A DNA stretch of 64,000 nucleotides from Eledone cirrhosa (GCA_964016885.1 OZ024754.1:11842001-11906000), one strand, 5' to 3'. Counted from the first letter of the stretch, positions 25,976 to 39,515 are shown. Program-made: numbers and translations. Notes: generated by a model from the letters alone, not told the origin.

Positions 25976-26328
25976 TCATCATCATCATCATCATCACCGT
26001 TTTACGTCCGTTCTTCCACGCTAGCATGGGTTAGACGGGTTGTCCTGTTGTGGGCAGTGTCTGGTCGGCTGACCATGCCTTGCTCATACAGGAACTGATC
26101 TGGCTTGATTTCTACAGCTGGATGCCCTTCCTAACACCAACCTCATTTACAGTGAGTGCTGGGTGCTTTTTCGTGGCGCCTACACGTCCACTTTACAGTG
26201 TGGGCTGGGTGCTTTTTTGCCGTGGCACCTCCACGACCACCTTGCGGTGGGGGGGGGGGGGGCATATTGTTTATATGCTTCAGCATGTACCCATGGGAGG
26301 TCGGGTACCCTGTATTACTGCGTGACGC
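25976..26328 (-). mobile_element. RTE 3' end, essentially identical to 19905-20256
   Basis: Sequence match apart from G-tract length. Confidence 0.85.
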
Positions 26329-26749
26329 CATATATATATATATATACACTATATGTTTATATATATATACATACATACGTGTCTACATTTATTTCCTCTA
26401 ACTTAACAGTTTGCTAAAGAATAAGATCAATAAAATAAGTACCATACCAGACATGAAAAAAACACAACTACTAGGGGTCAATACAATTGACTAAATTAAG
26501 GCCAACATGAGTACATTCCAGTCCAACATGAGTACATTCCAGTCCAACATGAGTACATTCTAATGACAGCTTAGACCTCGATGAAAATTAGGAAAATGTT
26601 AATATTTTCTAGCTATTAGCTATAGTGATCTTAAAAGATATAATTAAAATATACATTAATTTAGACAGCAGAATTGCTCTAGTTTACTGTAATAAATATT
26701 TATAATGCTTTACACCTGTTGGCAGTCATCAGCTGTTACTATTATTTTA

Positions 26750-27166
26750 TATCTGTGTGTGTGTTTGTGTGTGTGTCTGTGTTTGTTTATCTGTGTGTGT
26801 GTGTCTGTGTTTGTTTATCTGTGTGTCTGTGTATATGTGTTTGTCTGTGTGCATGCATATTTATGTGTCTGTATGTGTGTTTATGTGAATCTGTGTGTAT
26901 GCGTGTTTATGTATGTGTGTTTGTGTGTATGTGTGTGTGCATGTGTCTAAGTGTGTGTGTGTGTGTGATTTGTGTATGTGTGGGTGTCTGTATGTGTGAT
27001 GTGTGTGTTTTTGAGTGTGTGTGATGTGTATGTGTGTGTGATGTGTCTGTGTGTGTGATGTGTATGTGTGATGTGTGTGATGTGTGTGTGTGTGTGTGTG
27101 ATGTGTGTGTGTGTGATGTGTGTGATGTGTGTGTGATGTGTGATGTGTGATGTGTGTGTGATGTGA
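26750..27166. repeat. Degenerate (GT)n/(GTGAT) microsatellite
   Basis: Direct reading. Confidence 0.9.
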
Positions 27167-27517
27167 TTTACAGCATGAATCAACCAATGAAAGGTTGGCA
27201 CGTTCTTTTATTTGTTTGTCCTGTTTCTTTGAAGAGTAAAAGCCCAGATGTTCCAAGTGGACAGAATTGGCAAAGGCATTACTCCAGATTATAGCGAGAG
27301 AGATACACTGAAAGAGCCAGACCAGTTCAAGGGATTCATTCATGGCTAACTCTGTCTCATTCGTGTAGTCATGTGGTTTGGGGACACAGGAGGGCAGATA
27401 TTTCCCCCACTATTGGTTTATCATTGAGTTGATTTCTTTCAGAGAAAGAGAGAAGAAATGAGAATGAAATATAGAGGAAGAATCAATACCAGTACTCAAC
27501 TGGTACTTTATATATCA

Positions 27518-28133
27518 CTAGCAGTGGTACCCGGCGTTGCACGGGATAAAGTATTTTGGAACGCGGGCCTCCAACAGACCTAATCGTGGAAAAACTGCAT
27601 GCCTGGACAATATGTAAAGAAAATAAATCGAATACTCTGATGGCTGGATAATCTTTAAGATTTTCCTCGATGAAGCTGGAAAAATGCAGGTTTTCACCTA
27701 ATTTTCACCTAGGGGATCAAGAAAATGAATTTTTTTATGTGCCTTGAAATTTCAGGAAAATCGGCTAGACGTAGCGCTTCAAAAAAGCCCTAAAAAGCTG
27801 AAAAAATGAAGTTTTTCACCTAATGCGGGCCCTAGGCCATAAAAAAGTTGGATTTTCTTTGCTTATGGTATGAAGAAGAGACTGACTAATACATAGTTAC
27901 AATTTCAAGGAAATCGATCTGACATAACACCTTAAAAAACCCCTAAAATGCTGAAAAAACGCAATTTTTCACCTAGGGGATCAAAAAGTTGAATTTTTTT
28001 ATGTCCCTGAAACATAAGTAATACACATTGAAACATAAGTAATACACAAAAATTGGTTGGGTCTTGAGTTTTAGGGATTCAAACTCACAGACAAACACAC
28101 AGACAGACATCCTCAGTTTTATATATAGAGAGA
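27518..28133 (-). mobile_element. Non-autonomous Helitron
   Basis: Homologous to 9650-10215; hairpin + CTAG end. Confidence 0.75.
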
Positions 28134-28233
28134 TTAGAAGTCTAACATTTCAACTTGGGCCCCTTCAACAAAAGAAAAAGAAGTTATTACCAATATGAAG
28201 TTGGTGAATTAGCAAAGTCATTAGAGCATTGTA

Positions 28234-28462
28234 TTAACCCTTTAGCATTTAAACTGGCCATATCCAACCAGAATTCACTCACCTCTTTCTGTTCAAACTG
28301 GTCATAACAGGCCACTCATACTGATGTTTAAGTATTGTTCTCAAAATAAATAATATTAAAATCTCATAGATGTGATATTATGTGTGATAATTATGTGAGA
28401 TAAGACCTTTACCATGAAAATACAATAGTATATTTAGAGTAATGTAAATGCTAAAGGGTTAA
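28234..28462. mobile_element. TTAA-flanked (piggyBac-type) MITE
   Basis: TTAA-CCCTTTAGCATT...AATGCTAAAGGG-TTAA; copies at 46558-46772, 59766-59994 and a partial one at ~11110-11300. Confidence 0.8.
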
Positions 28463-29262
28463 ATACATCAATATTTGTTCTGGTCCTCTGCATTCTTAGT
28501 TCAAATCTAGCCTTTTATCCTTTAAGGGTTGATAGATAAAATTCCATTCCTGAGGCAGTGGATTGGCAGAATTGTGAAAGAATATCTGTTCTGCCTCTCT
28601 GCAATCTGAGTTCAAATCTCACTTACTGTCATCAGAAAAAGTGATGTTTCTGCTAGGAGTTATGATTGGCACATAGTATACACCCCTCAGGCTGGTCTCT
28701 TGTGGGTAGTAATTAGCCCCCGCCCTCCCTTTTATACTCTGCTGTTAAAGGAAAAAAAGTAGGATGTTTATCGACAAGCCTGCAGACCTCATTCACTTAC
28801 AGAGTGGGATGAATTGCATAAAATTAGACCAAGGAAACAATATTTCCATTGCTAATTCTATCTCCTGGTCGAAACACCTGGCTGTAAGTGTAATGATTGG
28901 AAGACCAATACTAACTTAATTTAGTATTACTATTAATTTTCTTTTTGTACTGATGAAGGGTTTTGTTTGAAATGTCAGACTTTTCTTTCTTACATGTCAG
29001 ACTTTTCTTTATATATAGAGAGAAAGAACCATATATCGTACAAGATACATGGTATATTGTATATATACCAAATACATATCCTATAGAAGAATATGTACAC
29101 AGAATATATACCATGTTTCTTGTAAGATATATGGCTCTTTCTCTCTCTATATATACATATATCTCTTTATTTGGTTATTATGGCTCTAGATAAAGTCTAT
29201 TGAGCTTACTTATTGAGAAATACAAAATTCTAAACATATTTGATAAGTTTTTATTCATTATT

Positions 29263-29294
<32 letters not shown>

Positions 29295-29624
29295 GGAAAA
29301 AGTATGACCCCGACGGCAGAGCTCAAGCCGTTTCGACGGCTATTTCTAGACTAAATTAGAATTACCCATTCTTATCACTATTACCTACTCTACTACCCTA
29401 AGTATTGAGTACTCTTGTGCGTTATGGTCCATCTGGTTCCTCACCACAACTCCTTCGTTATATATATATATATAGGAAAAGAGTCAGGACCCCGACAGGT
29501 CGAAAGAGCCAGAGCTCAGCCGTTGGGGTCCTGACTCTTTTCCTATTACCCACTCTACTACCCTAAGTATCGAGTACTCTGGTGTGTTATGGTCCACCTG
29601 GTATCTTACCACACCTTCTTTGTA

Positions 29625-29690
<66 letters not shown>

Positions 29691-29772
29691 CATATATATA
29701 AAATCAAGGTCTAGCAAATACAGAAAAAGTTTTAAAATAAATAAACAAAAATTCGCTGTACTTACTATATGT

Positions 29773-29854
29773 GCCTTTACCGCGGTTTCATGCTCCAGAA
29801 TAAATGGAAAATCCAAGCGGATCTCCATTGAGAGGGGAGTAATCTTCAGAAGGC
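29773..29854 (-). ncRNA. Type I hammerhead ribozyme
   Basis: GCCTT-CTGAAGA-stem II (ctcc/ggag; aatggagatcc gctt ggattttccatt)-GAAA-CCGCGG-TA-AAGGC. Confidence 0.75.
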
Positions 29855-30057
29855 TCTTCTCCCTCGGAGAATATAAAATTCCCGAGTTCAAATCACAAAC
29901 TCTATTTGCTAGACCTTGATTTTATATGTTCTGGCTTGTTAATTTATTAACCCGCCATAGAACCACATTGGCATATGGTTGGATAATACTTGTTTCCCTA
30001 TATGTATTTTTTACACGTAGGAATTCATACTTTATTATTATACATATATATATATAT

Positions 30058-30396
30058 CATCATCATTTCATTTTACATCCGCTTTTTCCCTGCTTGCAAG
30101 GGTGGGATGGGAACTGATGGTGGCTTGATTTCTACAGCTGGATGCCCTTCCTAACACCAACCTCATTTACAGTGAGTGCTGGGTGCTTTTTTTGCCGTGG
30201 CACCTCCACGACCACTTTACAGTGGAATGATAGGGACACCAGTCCCTATCATCTCATTTCTACAGCTGAGTAAACTGGAGCAATGTGAAATAAAGTGCCT
30301 TGCTCAAGGAAACAACACATCACCCGGTCTGAGAATTGAACTCACAACCTTTCGATTGCAAGGCCAATGCTCTAACCACTAAGCCATGTGCCTCCA
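30058..30396 (-). mobile_element. SINE family A
   Basis: Near-identical to 7595-7937. Confidence 0.8.
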
Positions 30397-30422
30397 TATT
30401 TAAATCAACCATTAAATCACCT

Positions 30423-30612
<190 letters not shown>

Positions 30613-30638
30613 AGGTGATTTAATGGTTGATTTAAATA

Positions 30639-30797
30639 TGTTGATTTAAAACTGCACTATCCACAAGTGTTTTTTAGCCTCCATATCATGTTCTCCTGTT
30701 TTATCTGATGAAAACACAAATATTATTGCATGATGATGTTTGTTTTTGAAGTGCGCATAATAAAATACATGGAACTCCTTTAACCATCTTTTGATCT

Positions 30798-30805
<8 letters not shown>
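30639..30805 (+). mobile_element. Hammerhead-bearing element, copy 2 (motif 30697-30767, GAAA changed to GAAG)
   Basis: tgttttat-CTGATGA...GAAG-TGCGCA-TA-ataaaata; flanked by (TA)n. Confidence 0.7.
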
Positions 30806-30865
<60 letters not shown>

Positions 30866-31167
30866 AGAATCAGGCTCCTGATTCTTTTCATATTACCCAC
30901 TCAACTCACCAAGTATCGAGTACTCTGGTGGGTTATGGTCTACTGGTTTTTACCATACCCTATTTGATATATATCAGACATCAGCTGTACTCAGACCTGG
31001 AGAGGACCTGTCTCTATATTTAGATACCCAAGACACTCAGTATTTCACTGTCGGCCCCTATGGAGTTATTATACTGACTGTGGCTTTTTTTTACTCGATT
31101 GATTTATTACATAACCTTTTTGAAATGATATCATATCTCTTGTTTTCTTAAAACTTGTCTTATAAAG

Positions 31168-31343
31168 GTACCGGTGGTGAAAGTATATCAACCAACAATG
31201 CATGGGTTCTTAATGATAATGTTGTCAACACTGAGCCGACACAGACAATCAAAGTTATTCGTTTACCTTCTGAGAAAACATCAGATTCTCTATCGTATAC
31301 GATTAAACATGATTCTCAGTCGACATTAACAACCAAAAGCAAC
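31168..31343 (+). CDS. CREB3: CREB3-family gene, internal exon
   Basis: aag acceptor, gtgagt donor; phase 1 to 0 bridges the neighbouring exons; open frame GTGGES...TTKSN; no recognisable motif. Confidence 0.65.
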
Positions 31344-31372
31344 GTGAGTATTCCTTTCACATTATAGAACAT

Positions 31373-31565
31373 TATGGTGGATTGGCAGTATCAGTAGAGG
31401 GTCGGACACCATGCTTTGCAGCAAAGAGTTACGGCCCTTTATGGTCTGAGTTCAAATCCCGCCGAGGTTAACTTTGCCTTTCATCCTTACGGGGTCGATA
31501 AAATAAAGTACCAGTAATACACTGGTATAATTGCTGGCCTTGTGCCAAAAGTAGAAACAGTTATT
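31373..31565 (+). mobile_element. SINE family B
   Basis: A/B boxes and body as at 3334. Confidence 0.8.
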
Positions 31566-31579
31566 CATATCAACATGTG

Positions 31580-34500
31580 GAGCGTGTGTGTGTGTGTGTG
31601 TGTGTATGTGTGTGGTTTGGGTGTCTGTGAGTCTGTGTGTGTTGGTGTGTGTGTCTGTGTCTATGTTTGTGTGTCTGTCTGTATAAACTTGTGTGTGTGT
31701 CTGTGTGTGTGTGTGCTGTGGATGCAGTATAGCTGAAGGGTGGTGGTGTAGGTGGTGGTGTGGGTGTAGGTGGTGGTGGTGGTGGTGTAGGTGGTGTTGT
31801 GGTGGTGGTGGTGGTGTAGGTGGTGTTGTAGGTGGTGGTGGTGGTGGTGTAGGTGGTGTTGTGGTGGTGGTGTAGGTGGTGTAGGTGGTGTTGTGGTGGT
31901 GGTGTAGGTGGTGGTGGTGGTGGTGGTGTAGGTGGTGTTGTGGTGGTGGTGTAGGTGGTGTTGTGGTGGTGGTGTAGGTGGTGGTGGTGGTGGTGGTGTA
32001 GGTGGTGTTGTGGTGGTGGTTTAGGTGGTGTTGTGGTGGTGGTGGTGGTGGTGTAGGTGGTGTTGTGGTGGTGGTGTAGGTGGTGGTGGTGGTGGTGGTG
32101 TAGGTGGTGTTGTGGTGGTGGTGTAGGTGGTGGTGGTGTAGGTGGTGTAGGTGGTGGTGGTGTAGGTGGTGTTGTGGTGGTGGTGTAGGTGGTGGTGTGG
32201 GTGGTGGTGGTGGTGGTGGTGGTGTAGGTGGTGTTGTGGTGGTGCTGTAGGTGGTGGTGGTGGTGTATAGGTGGTGGTGGTGGTGGTGGTGGTGGTGGTG
32301 TAGGTGGTGTTGTGGTGGTGGTGTAGGTGGTGGTGGTGGTGGTGTAGGTGGTGTAGGTGGTGGTGGTGGTGGTGGTGGTGGTGTAGGTGGTAGTGGTGGT
32401 GGTGGTGTAGGTGGTGTTGTGGTGGTGGTGTAGGTGGTGGTGTTGTGGTGGTGTAGGTGGTGGTGGTGGTGTAGGTGGTGGTGTGGGTGGTGGTGTAGGT
32501 GTATGTGTGTCTGTGTATAAACTTGCATGTGTGTATGTAAAAACGTGTGTGTGTCTCTGTGTGTGTGTGTGTGTGTGGGGGGGGGGGGTCGTCTGTATGT
32601 GTGTGTCTCTGTGTCTGTGTATGTGTCTGCGTATGTGTGTCTGTGTATGTGTGTGTGGATGGGTGCGTGTGTCTGTGCCTGTGTGTTTGTGTGTCTGTCT
32701 GTATAAATTTGTGTGTGTGTGTATTGTTGTCTGTGTGTGTATCTCTGGGTGTGTGTGCGTTAGTGTCTGTGTGTGTGTGTCTGTATGTGTGTGTGTGTGT
32801 GTCTGTGTGTGTCTGTATGAGTGTGTGTGTGTTGGTGTGTGTGTCTGTATAAACTTGTATGTGTGTCTGTATGCTGTGTGTGTGTGTGTCTATGTATGTG
32901 TGTCTGTCTGTTTGAGTGTGTGTGTTGGTGTGTATATATATGTGTGTGTGTATGTGCGTGTGTGTGTATGTGTGTATGTGTGTGTGTGTGTCTGTATGTG
33001 TGTGTGTGTGTGTCTGTGTGTGCCTGTATGTGTGTATGTGTGTATGTATGTGTGTATGTGTGTATGTGTGTATGTATGTATGTGTGTGTGTGTGTGTGTC
33101 TATGTGTGTCTGTGTATGTGTATGTGTGTATGTGTGTGTCTGTGTGTGCCTGTATGTGTGTATGTGTGTATGTATGTGTGTGTGTGTATGTGTGTGTATG
33201 TATGTATGTGTGTGTGTGTGTGTGTGCTGTAGATGCAGTATAGCTGAAGGGTTAAAGAGTTCACTTTGCAGACATTGGTTCTGGCTTCTCTTCACAATAG
33301 GATTGTGTGGAGGGATAGACTGTACCTGTAATTGAAGGTCTGACCTCGTCACACACTATGTCACACACTACGTCACACAGATACACCTGGAAAATTACAT
33401 TACAGTTACACACGTCACTGGTATATTTAGCCACTTACAAACTGGTTTATCAGGAGTTGGTTGCTCATTTCATTGAACAACTTCATTGATAAAAATACTA
33501 CTTGATAAAAATACTACTTCATTCATTGATAAAAATACTGGTACACACCCTGTATTATTGTGTATGTTGGTGGTGGTGGTGGTGGTGGTGGTGGTGGTGG
33601 TGGTGGTGGTGATGTGGGTGTGGGTGGTGTGGGTGGTGGTGTGGGTGGTGGTGGTGGTGGTGGTGGTGGTGATGATGTGGGTGGTTGTGATGTGGGCGGT
33701 GGTGGTGTGGGTGTGGGTGGTGTTGTGGTGGTGTGGGTGGTGGTGGTGTTGTGGTGATGTGGGTGGTGGTGTGGGTGGTGGTGGTGGTGTGGATGTGGGT
33801 GGTTGTGTGGGTGGTGGTGGTGTGGGTGGTGGTGTGAGTGGTGATGGTGTGGGTGGTGGTGGTGTTGTGGTGGTGTGGGTGGTGTAGGTGTATGTGTGTC
33901 TGTATATAAACTTGCATGTGTGTATGTATAAACGTGTGTGTGTCTGTGTGGTGTGTGGGAGTGTGGGGGTGTCTGTGTTTGTGTGTCTGTATGTGTGTGT
34001 CTCTGTATGTGTGTATGTGTGTCTGCGTATGTGTGTCTGTGTATGTGTGTGTGAGTGGGTGCGTGTGTCTGTGCCTGTGTGGTTGTGTGTCTGTCTGTAT
34101 AAATTTGTGTGTGTGTGTGTTGTTGTCTGTGTGTGTGTATCTCTGTGTGTGTGACTGTATGTGTGTGTGTGCGTTGGTGTCTATGTGTGTGTGTGTTGGT
34201 GTGTGTGTGTATGTATGTGTGTGTGTATGTGCGTGTGTGTGTCTGTGTGTATGTGTCTGTGTGTATGTGTGTGTCTATGTGTCTGTGTGTGTGTCTGTGT
34301 GTGTTTGTGTTGGTGTGTGTGTGTATGCGTCTGTGTGTATGTGTGTCTGTGTGTATGTGTGTGTGTGACTGTATGTGTGTGTGTGTGTGTGTCTATGTGT
34401 GTCTGTATGTGTATGTGTGTATGTGTGTGTCTGTGTGTGCCTGTATGTGTGTATGTGTGTATGTATGTATGTGTGTGTGTGTGTGTGTATGTGTGTATGT

Positions 34501-35447
34501 ATGTGTGTGTATGTGTGTGTGTGCTGTAGATGCAGTATAGCTGAAGGGTTAAAGAGTTCACTTTGCAGACATTGGTTCTGGCTTCTCTTCACAATAGGAT
34601 TGTGTGGAGGGATAGACTGTACCTGTAATTGAAGGTCTGACCTCGTCACACACTATGTCACACACTACGTCACACAGATACACCTGGAAAATTACATTAC
34701 AGTTACACACGTCACTGGTATATTTAGCCACTTACAAACTGGTTTTTCAGGAGTTGGTTGCTCATTTCATTGAACAACTTCATTGATAAAAATACAACTT
34801 GATAAAAATACTACTTCATTCATTGATAAAAATACTGGTACACACCCTGTATTATTGTGTATGTTGTTGTTGGTGGTGGTGGTGGTGGTGGTGGTTGGGT
34901 GTGGGTGGTAGTGGTGGTGATGTGGGTGTGGGTGGTGGGTGGTGTTGTGGTGTGGGTGGTGTTGTGGTGTGGGTGGTGTTGTGTTGTGGTGTGGTCTTTT
35001 ACAACGTAGCATGCGGTCTATCTACCTGGTCTTTTACACTGAGGCATGCGGTCTATCTACCTGGTCTTTTACACTTTAACATGCTGTCTATCTACCTGGT
35101 CTTTTACACTTTAGCATGCGTTCAAACTACCTGCCCTTTTACACTTTAGCATACAGTCTATCTACCTGGTCTTTTACACTTTAGTATGCGCTCTATCTAC
35201 CTGGTTGGGTGTGGGTGGTAGTGGTGGTGATGTGGGTGTGGGTGGTGGGTGGTGTTGTGGTGTGGGTGGTGTTGTGGTGTGGGTGGTGTTGTGGTGTGGG
35301 TGGTGTTGTGGTGTGGGTGGTGTTGTGTGGGTGGTGTTGTGGTGTGGGTGGTGTTGTGGTGTGGGTGCTGCTGGATTGCAAAGTGAACTCTTTATTTAAC
35401 CCTTCAGCTATACTGCATCCACAGCACACACACACACACACATACAG

Positions 35448-35482
<35 letters not shown>

Positions 35483-36050
35483 AGTTTATACAGACAGACA
35501 CACAGACACACAAGTTTATAGACAGACACACACACACACCAACACATACACACACATACATACAGACACACAGATACACACACACGCAGACACCAACACA
35601 CACACACAAATTTATACAGACAGACACACAAACACACAGACACACCCACACACACACACATACAGACACACACACACACACACAGAACCACACATACCGA
35701 CACCAACACACACACACACACAAATTTATACAGACAGACACACAAACACACAGACACACCCACACACACACATACAGACACACACACACACCGACACCAA
35801 CACACACACACACACAAATTTATACAGACAGACACACAGACACACCCACACACACACATACAGACACACACACACACACAGAACCACACACACAGACACC
35901 AACACACACACACACAAATTTATACAGACAGACACACAAACACACAAACACACCCACACACACACATACAGACACACACACAGAACCACACACACCGACA
36001 CCAACACACACACAAATTTATACAGACAGGCACACAAACACAGACACAGG
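31580..36050. repeat. Composite (GT)n/(GGT)n low-complexity block with an internal ~1.3-kb tandem duplication and an inverted part
   Basis: Unique ~340-bp segment at ~33225 and ~34523; inverted piece at 35375-35425; 35-bp x6 tandem at ~34995-35205. Confidence 0.85.
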
Positions 36051-36245
36051 TAATATCCTCAGAGAGAGAGGGGGGGGGGGGAGAGAGAGAGAGAGAAACA
36101 AATAGTGAATTGTAGAGGATGGTGGAAATAGAATCTTTGGTGAATGTTTTGAAGAGAAATGGAATGAGATGTCTGGGTCATGTGTTGATAATAAACTGAT
36201 TAAACCATTTATTCTTAATCTGTTATTCATTTTCTTCATTATTAG

Positions 36246-36380
36246 AAGTTGCCAATAATTTTAACGGATGAAGAAAAAACTTTATTAACCCGCGAAGGCT
36301 ATGTCTTACCAACCAACATGCCACTCACCAAAGAAGAAGAACGTGCATTAAAATCTGTGAGAAGGAAAATAAGAAATAAG
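36246..36380 (+). CDS. CREB3: CREB3-family exon: ATB domain and start of basic region
   Basis: [45 protein letters not shown], the CREB3 signature; not in the ORF track; AG/GT boundaries, phase 0 to 0. Confidence 0.95.
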
Positions 36381-36547
36381 GTTTGTCATATTTTTTAGTT
36401 CTTGTCTTATAATTTTACTCTACAAAATAAATAAACTGCTTTTTTTTGTTTATTTCTTACAATTTACTGTTAAAAAAACACATAAAACAAAAACAAAAGT
36501 GGGTATGTTTAGGAAGTTGTACAATGTAAGTGGGTTAGAATTATTAA

Positions 36548-36747
36548 GGTAGAGTGGTAGATTGGCAGTATTGGTAGGGGGTCGGACGCCATGCTTTGCA
36601 GCATAGAGTTACTACCCTTTATGATCTGAGTTCAAATCCCACTGAGATTAACTTTGCCTTTCATCCTTACGGGGGTCTATAAAATAAAGTACCAGTAATA
36701 CACTGGAGTAATTGCTGGCTTTGTGCCAAACATAGAAACAATTATTA
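36548..36747 (+). mobile_element. SINE family B
   Basis: A/B boxes and body as at 3334. Confidence 0.8.
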
Positions 36748-37090
36748 AGGTAACAAGTCAGAAGGGAATTGAGAGATGAGATAGAAAGCAAAAATGGGAT
36801 AAGAAGGAAAATATAAGAAAAGAAAGGAAGAATGATTGAAAGTTACCTTAGCAATTTATTAGTCACCAAATTTTTCAGATTAACCATCCATTATTAGGGG
36901 CTGGGCAGAAATCAGAGATTTCCTTCCTTATGTACATGTAGTGCTGTTAATGTTTATATGTATTGGTATGTGTATGTATGCAAGAGTTTGTGTGCTTGTG
37001 TGCTTTTTCATGCCACTTTATATCAACAAAAACATTGAAATAAAAGTTGGTAATAAAGGATTAAATTGCCTTATATTTGTCTATTTAAAG

Positions 37091-37218
37091 ATTTCTGCAA
37101 AAGAGAGTCGAAAACGGCGCCAAGAATATGTAGATGGATTAGAAAAGCGAGTTAAATTTTGCACAGTTGAAAACCAACAGTTACACAAAAAGATTATCAA
37201 CTTGGAGAAACAGAATAT
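37091..37218 (+). CDS. CREB3: CREB3-family exon: basic region and leucine zipper
   Basis: ISAKESRKRRQEYVDGLEKRVKFCTVENQQLHKKIINLEKQN; aag / gtaagt; phase 0 to 2. Confidence 0.95.
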
Positions 37219-38067
37219 GTAAGTTAAAGTTTGATTGGAATAAAAGCATTATTTTTTTTATATGTTATTTCTTCATCTGATGTCAAGGACCAGACTTTCA
37301 CCTGCTGAGGCCCCAGGCTATAGGAAAGTTGAGGGCCCTTCTTTAAAAAATATAATCAATATATATGGTAAATGGAGAACTGTCTGCCATGAAGGTATAA
37401 GGAACTATAAAAAATCTTGATTGGCCCATCTTTGTGATCTAAGATTTAACACCAAGATCTGATCAAACATTCCATCTTGCTCCACTCAAAATCCTGTCAT
37501 TTGTACTAAATGTGGCTTGATGTGTTAATCAGCAGCTGGATTAAAGAGCCATTCGAAACAACCATAAAAAATTGAACTGAGAAAACTGTTGAACCCTCCA
37601 TCATATATATAATTTTTGATGATTTAGTATTAAAGAATAAAAACTAATGATAAAATAAAAATATATTTTTAAAAAATCAGGCCTCTGAGGGTGTGTGGGC
37701 CTAAAATATAGCTTATTTATCTTATAGGTAAATCCAGCACTGTCCAGTGGAGAATTAGCAGAGTTGTTAGAGCATCAGATTAAATGCCTTGGTATTCATT
37801 CCAGCTCTCTGAACTCTGAGTTCAAATACTGCCAAGATCAACTTTGCTTTTCTCCCTTTCAGGGTTGATAAATAAAGTACCAGTTCATGTGTGTGGTGGT
37901 GGTGATGGAGGGTTGAATTATTAATGAGTTGGTGTCTGATGTGGCTCTGTGCATTCTGACTTCAAATATTGCCAAGATCAAACTCAACTCCGTACACCCT
38001 ACTTACTAAACCTACAAACCTTCATAGCCTAATGCTAATAACTGAATTTGACTATTTCTCTTTGTAG

Positions 38068-38152
38068 TTCCCTTGTAACACAAATGAAGAAGCTACAATC
38101 TTTGATTATGTCATCAACTAATAAACCAGTTCAGACAAGCACATGTCTTATG
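38068..38152 (+). CDS. CREB3: CREB3-family exon: zipper end to start of transmembrane helix
   Basis: (I)SLVTQMKKLQSLIMSSTNKPVQTSTCLM; tag / gtaagt; phase 2 to 0. Confidence 0.93.
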
Positions 38153-38530
38153 GTAAGTTAACTAACAAACTGGTTTGTTTGTGAGAATCTACAAATAACT
38201 ACTTAAATTATAGAAACTCTTGCAGGTTTTTTTTTTCTATGTTAGTTTGGTCCACACAGGTGGTTCTCAGAAACCCAACTCACATTGTTCCCTTGCAATC
38301 CCAGATATCCTCAATTTTTCCACATTTTGAATTGTCATCTGTTAATTTTTTACCCTAGTAGCATATTAACATAAACAAGCTTCTCAAACCTCAATAATTG
38401 TATAGTCCAGTGGTTCTCAAAGACCCAAGTTACATCTGCCCCAACCCCTGCAATCCCAGGTTTCCTGGATTGTCATTGTAGTAATAAACAATGGAAATGG
38501 GAAACATCATGTCCATTTTCCCTGCTAACA

Positions 38531-38965
38531 TCAACCACTTGAATATAAATGTCGCAATTGATGAATTGTCAACTCTGGATGTCGGTGAGCATGTCCAGCC
38601 AACCTCAGTCTCCTCTGTGTCACTTTTGAGCTGACTTTTGGGATGCTCCCATACAGCTCTGAGTTTTTCATCCTCAGTGTATACTGATTAATGTTCAGAG
38701 CCATCCTTAGCATTCTCGTGTAGCACCCATCCACCATCTGAGTGAGTTTCTTGGTCAGTGTCCAAGTTTCAGACTTTGGGAGCCCCTACATGGACACACT
38801 AGAAGAGGAAGACCAAGGTTAACGTATGTTGATGCCCTAAGGACAGACACTGGTCTGTTGGAGATGCAGGACATGGCAGTGATAATGAGGGACAGAGACC
38901 GCTGGAGAGAACTCGTCCATGGATCTCGGGAATTTTACCCGCCTTAGATAGATAGATAGATTGAT
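38531..38965. mobile_element. RTE-like 3' fragment with 5' inversion
   Basis: Minus strand ETWTL...RRLRLAGHAHRH, then plus strand RRGRPRLTYVD...DRDRWR and a (GATA)n tail. Confidence 0.7.
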
Positions 38966-39127
38966 GAATTGTAGTGCACCTGAGCACTGTACTCAATAAT
39001 TTCATTATTATATATTATTATTATTTTAATCTCTCTTTCATTCTTATACAAAAAACAATCATTAACAAATTTATAACCTTTCCACTATATAATGATCAAT
39101 AATGTTAAATTTACTTTCTCTACACAG

Positions 39128-39230
39128 GTATTATTGTTATCGTTTGCCCTGATTGTAGTACCAGCTGTTAACCCATTTCGGTCTAAGACTAGCACTTCTA
39201 CACAGATTCTCTCACAAGGAAGAATGCCAG
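39128..39230 (+). CDS. CREB3: CREB3-family exon: transmembrane helix (S2P region)
   Basis: VLLLSFALIVVPAVNPFRSKTSTSTQILSQGRMP; cag / gt; phase 0 to 1. Confidence 0.92.
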
Positions 39231-39319
39231 GTAGTTTGGTTTACAGTGTTTTCTAAAATTTCTTTATTGTAGCTATTCCCTGTTGAAAATGGATCCTTCA
39301 TCACAATTAATGATTAGCA

Positions 39320-39515
39320 CTCATATTTGTTCAATTGTTATGTATGAGTGTGAAAGTTGGACTCTCACATCTGACATAGAATGACGAATCTAGTCATTTG
39401 AGCATAAGTGCTTCAGAAGGTTGCTACACATTCCATACATGGAACACAAAACAAACAGCTTTGTCAGACAGCAAGTTAACAAATATGCTGGCAGACAGGA
39501 ATTGCTTTTCTATAA
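39320..39515 (+). mobile_element. Degraded RTE-like fragment
   Basis: YECESWTL...FEHKCFRRLLHIPY with stops. Confidence 0.6.

Noticed and set aside
28943-28980. CTGATGA...GAAA..TC hammerhead-like spacing
   Set aside because: No convincing stem I, II or III pairing.
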